Below, piece after piece: positions 63,943-64,000 of a DNA stretch of 64,000 nucleotides (within the stretch, counting starts at the first letter, position 1; every line of letters starts with the position of its first letter). The stretch is from Hydrolagus affinis (Eukaryota): contig JAAILG010000012.1 in the NCBI GenBank assembly GCA_012026655.1, positions 1 to 64,000 of the forward strand. The letters run 5' to 3'. Position numbers and translations under genes: made by a program. The notes beneath the pieces were generated by a model, which did no database searches, was not told the DNA's origin, and saw only the letters and a program-made list of their open reading frames with translations.

Positions 63943-64000
63943 TGGGCGAGATGTGGATATAGGATAATAGCAGCTAAATAAGGATCTGACTGACTCATCA

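Overview
Vertebrate genomic DNA, AT-rich, with two N-gaps. The repeat types (a dense tRNA-derived SINE with a Deu-like 3' part, L2/CR1 LINE ends and a Penelope-type inverted element) suggest a cartilaginous fish, possibly a chimaera; this is an inference. One protein-coding gene is well supported: otolin-1 (otol1, + strand). It has four coding exons (8853-9222, 9673-9762, 10644-10715, 12120-13024) joined by phase-1 GT-AG introns, and encodes 478 aa: signal peptide, CCDCC motif, collagen domain and C1q domain. The first ~1.1 kb looks like the CpG-rich promoter or first exon of a divergent minus-strand gene. The ~50 kb downstream of otol1 has no supportable gene. It holds many SINE copies and fragments, LINE 3' ends, a Tigger-like MITE and some repeat-free blocks that may be enhancers. 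The most notable observations are: (1) a short TSD-flanked foldback element with a degenerate hammerhead-ribozyme core (42.6-42.8 kb); (2) a SINE copy beside the CpG island whose substitutions are almost all AT->GC; (3) older, longer SINE relatives that show the dominant family is a modular deletion derivative; (4) recurrent SINE 5' truncation at an internal hairpin; (5) a Gly->Ala break in the otolin collagen helix; and (6) a perfect 20-bp hairpin with a template-switch signature. Repeat boundaries were read by eye and are approximate.
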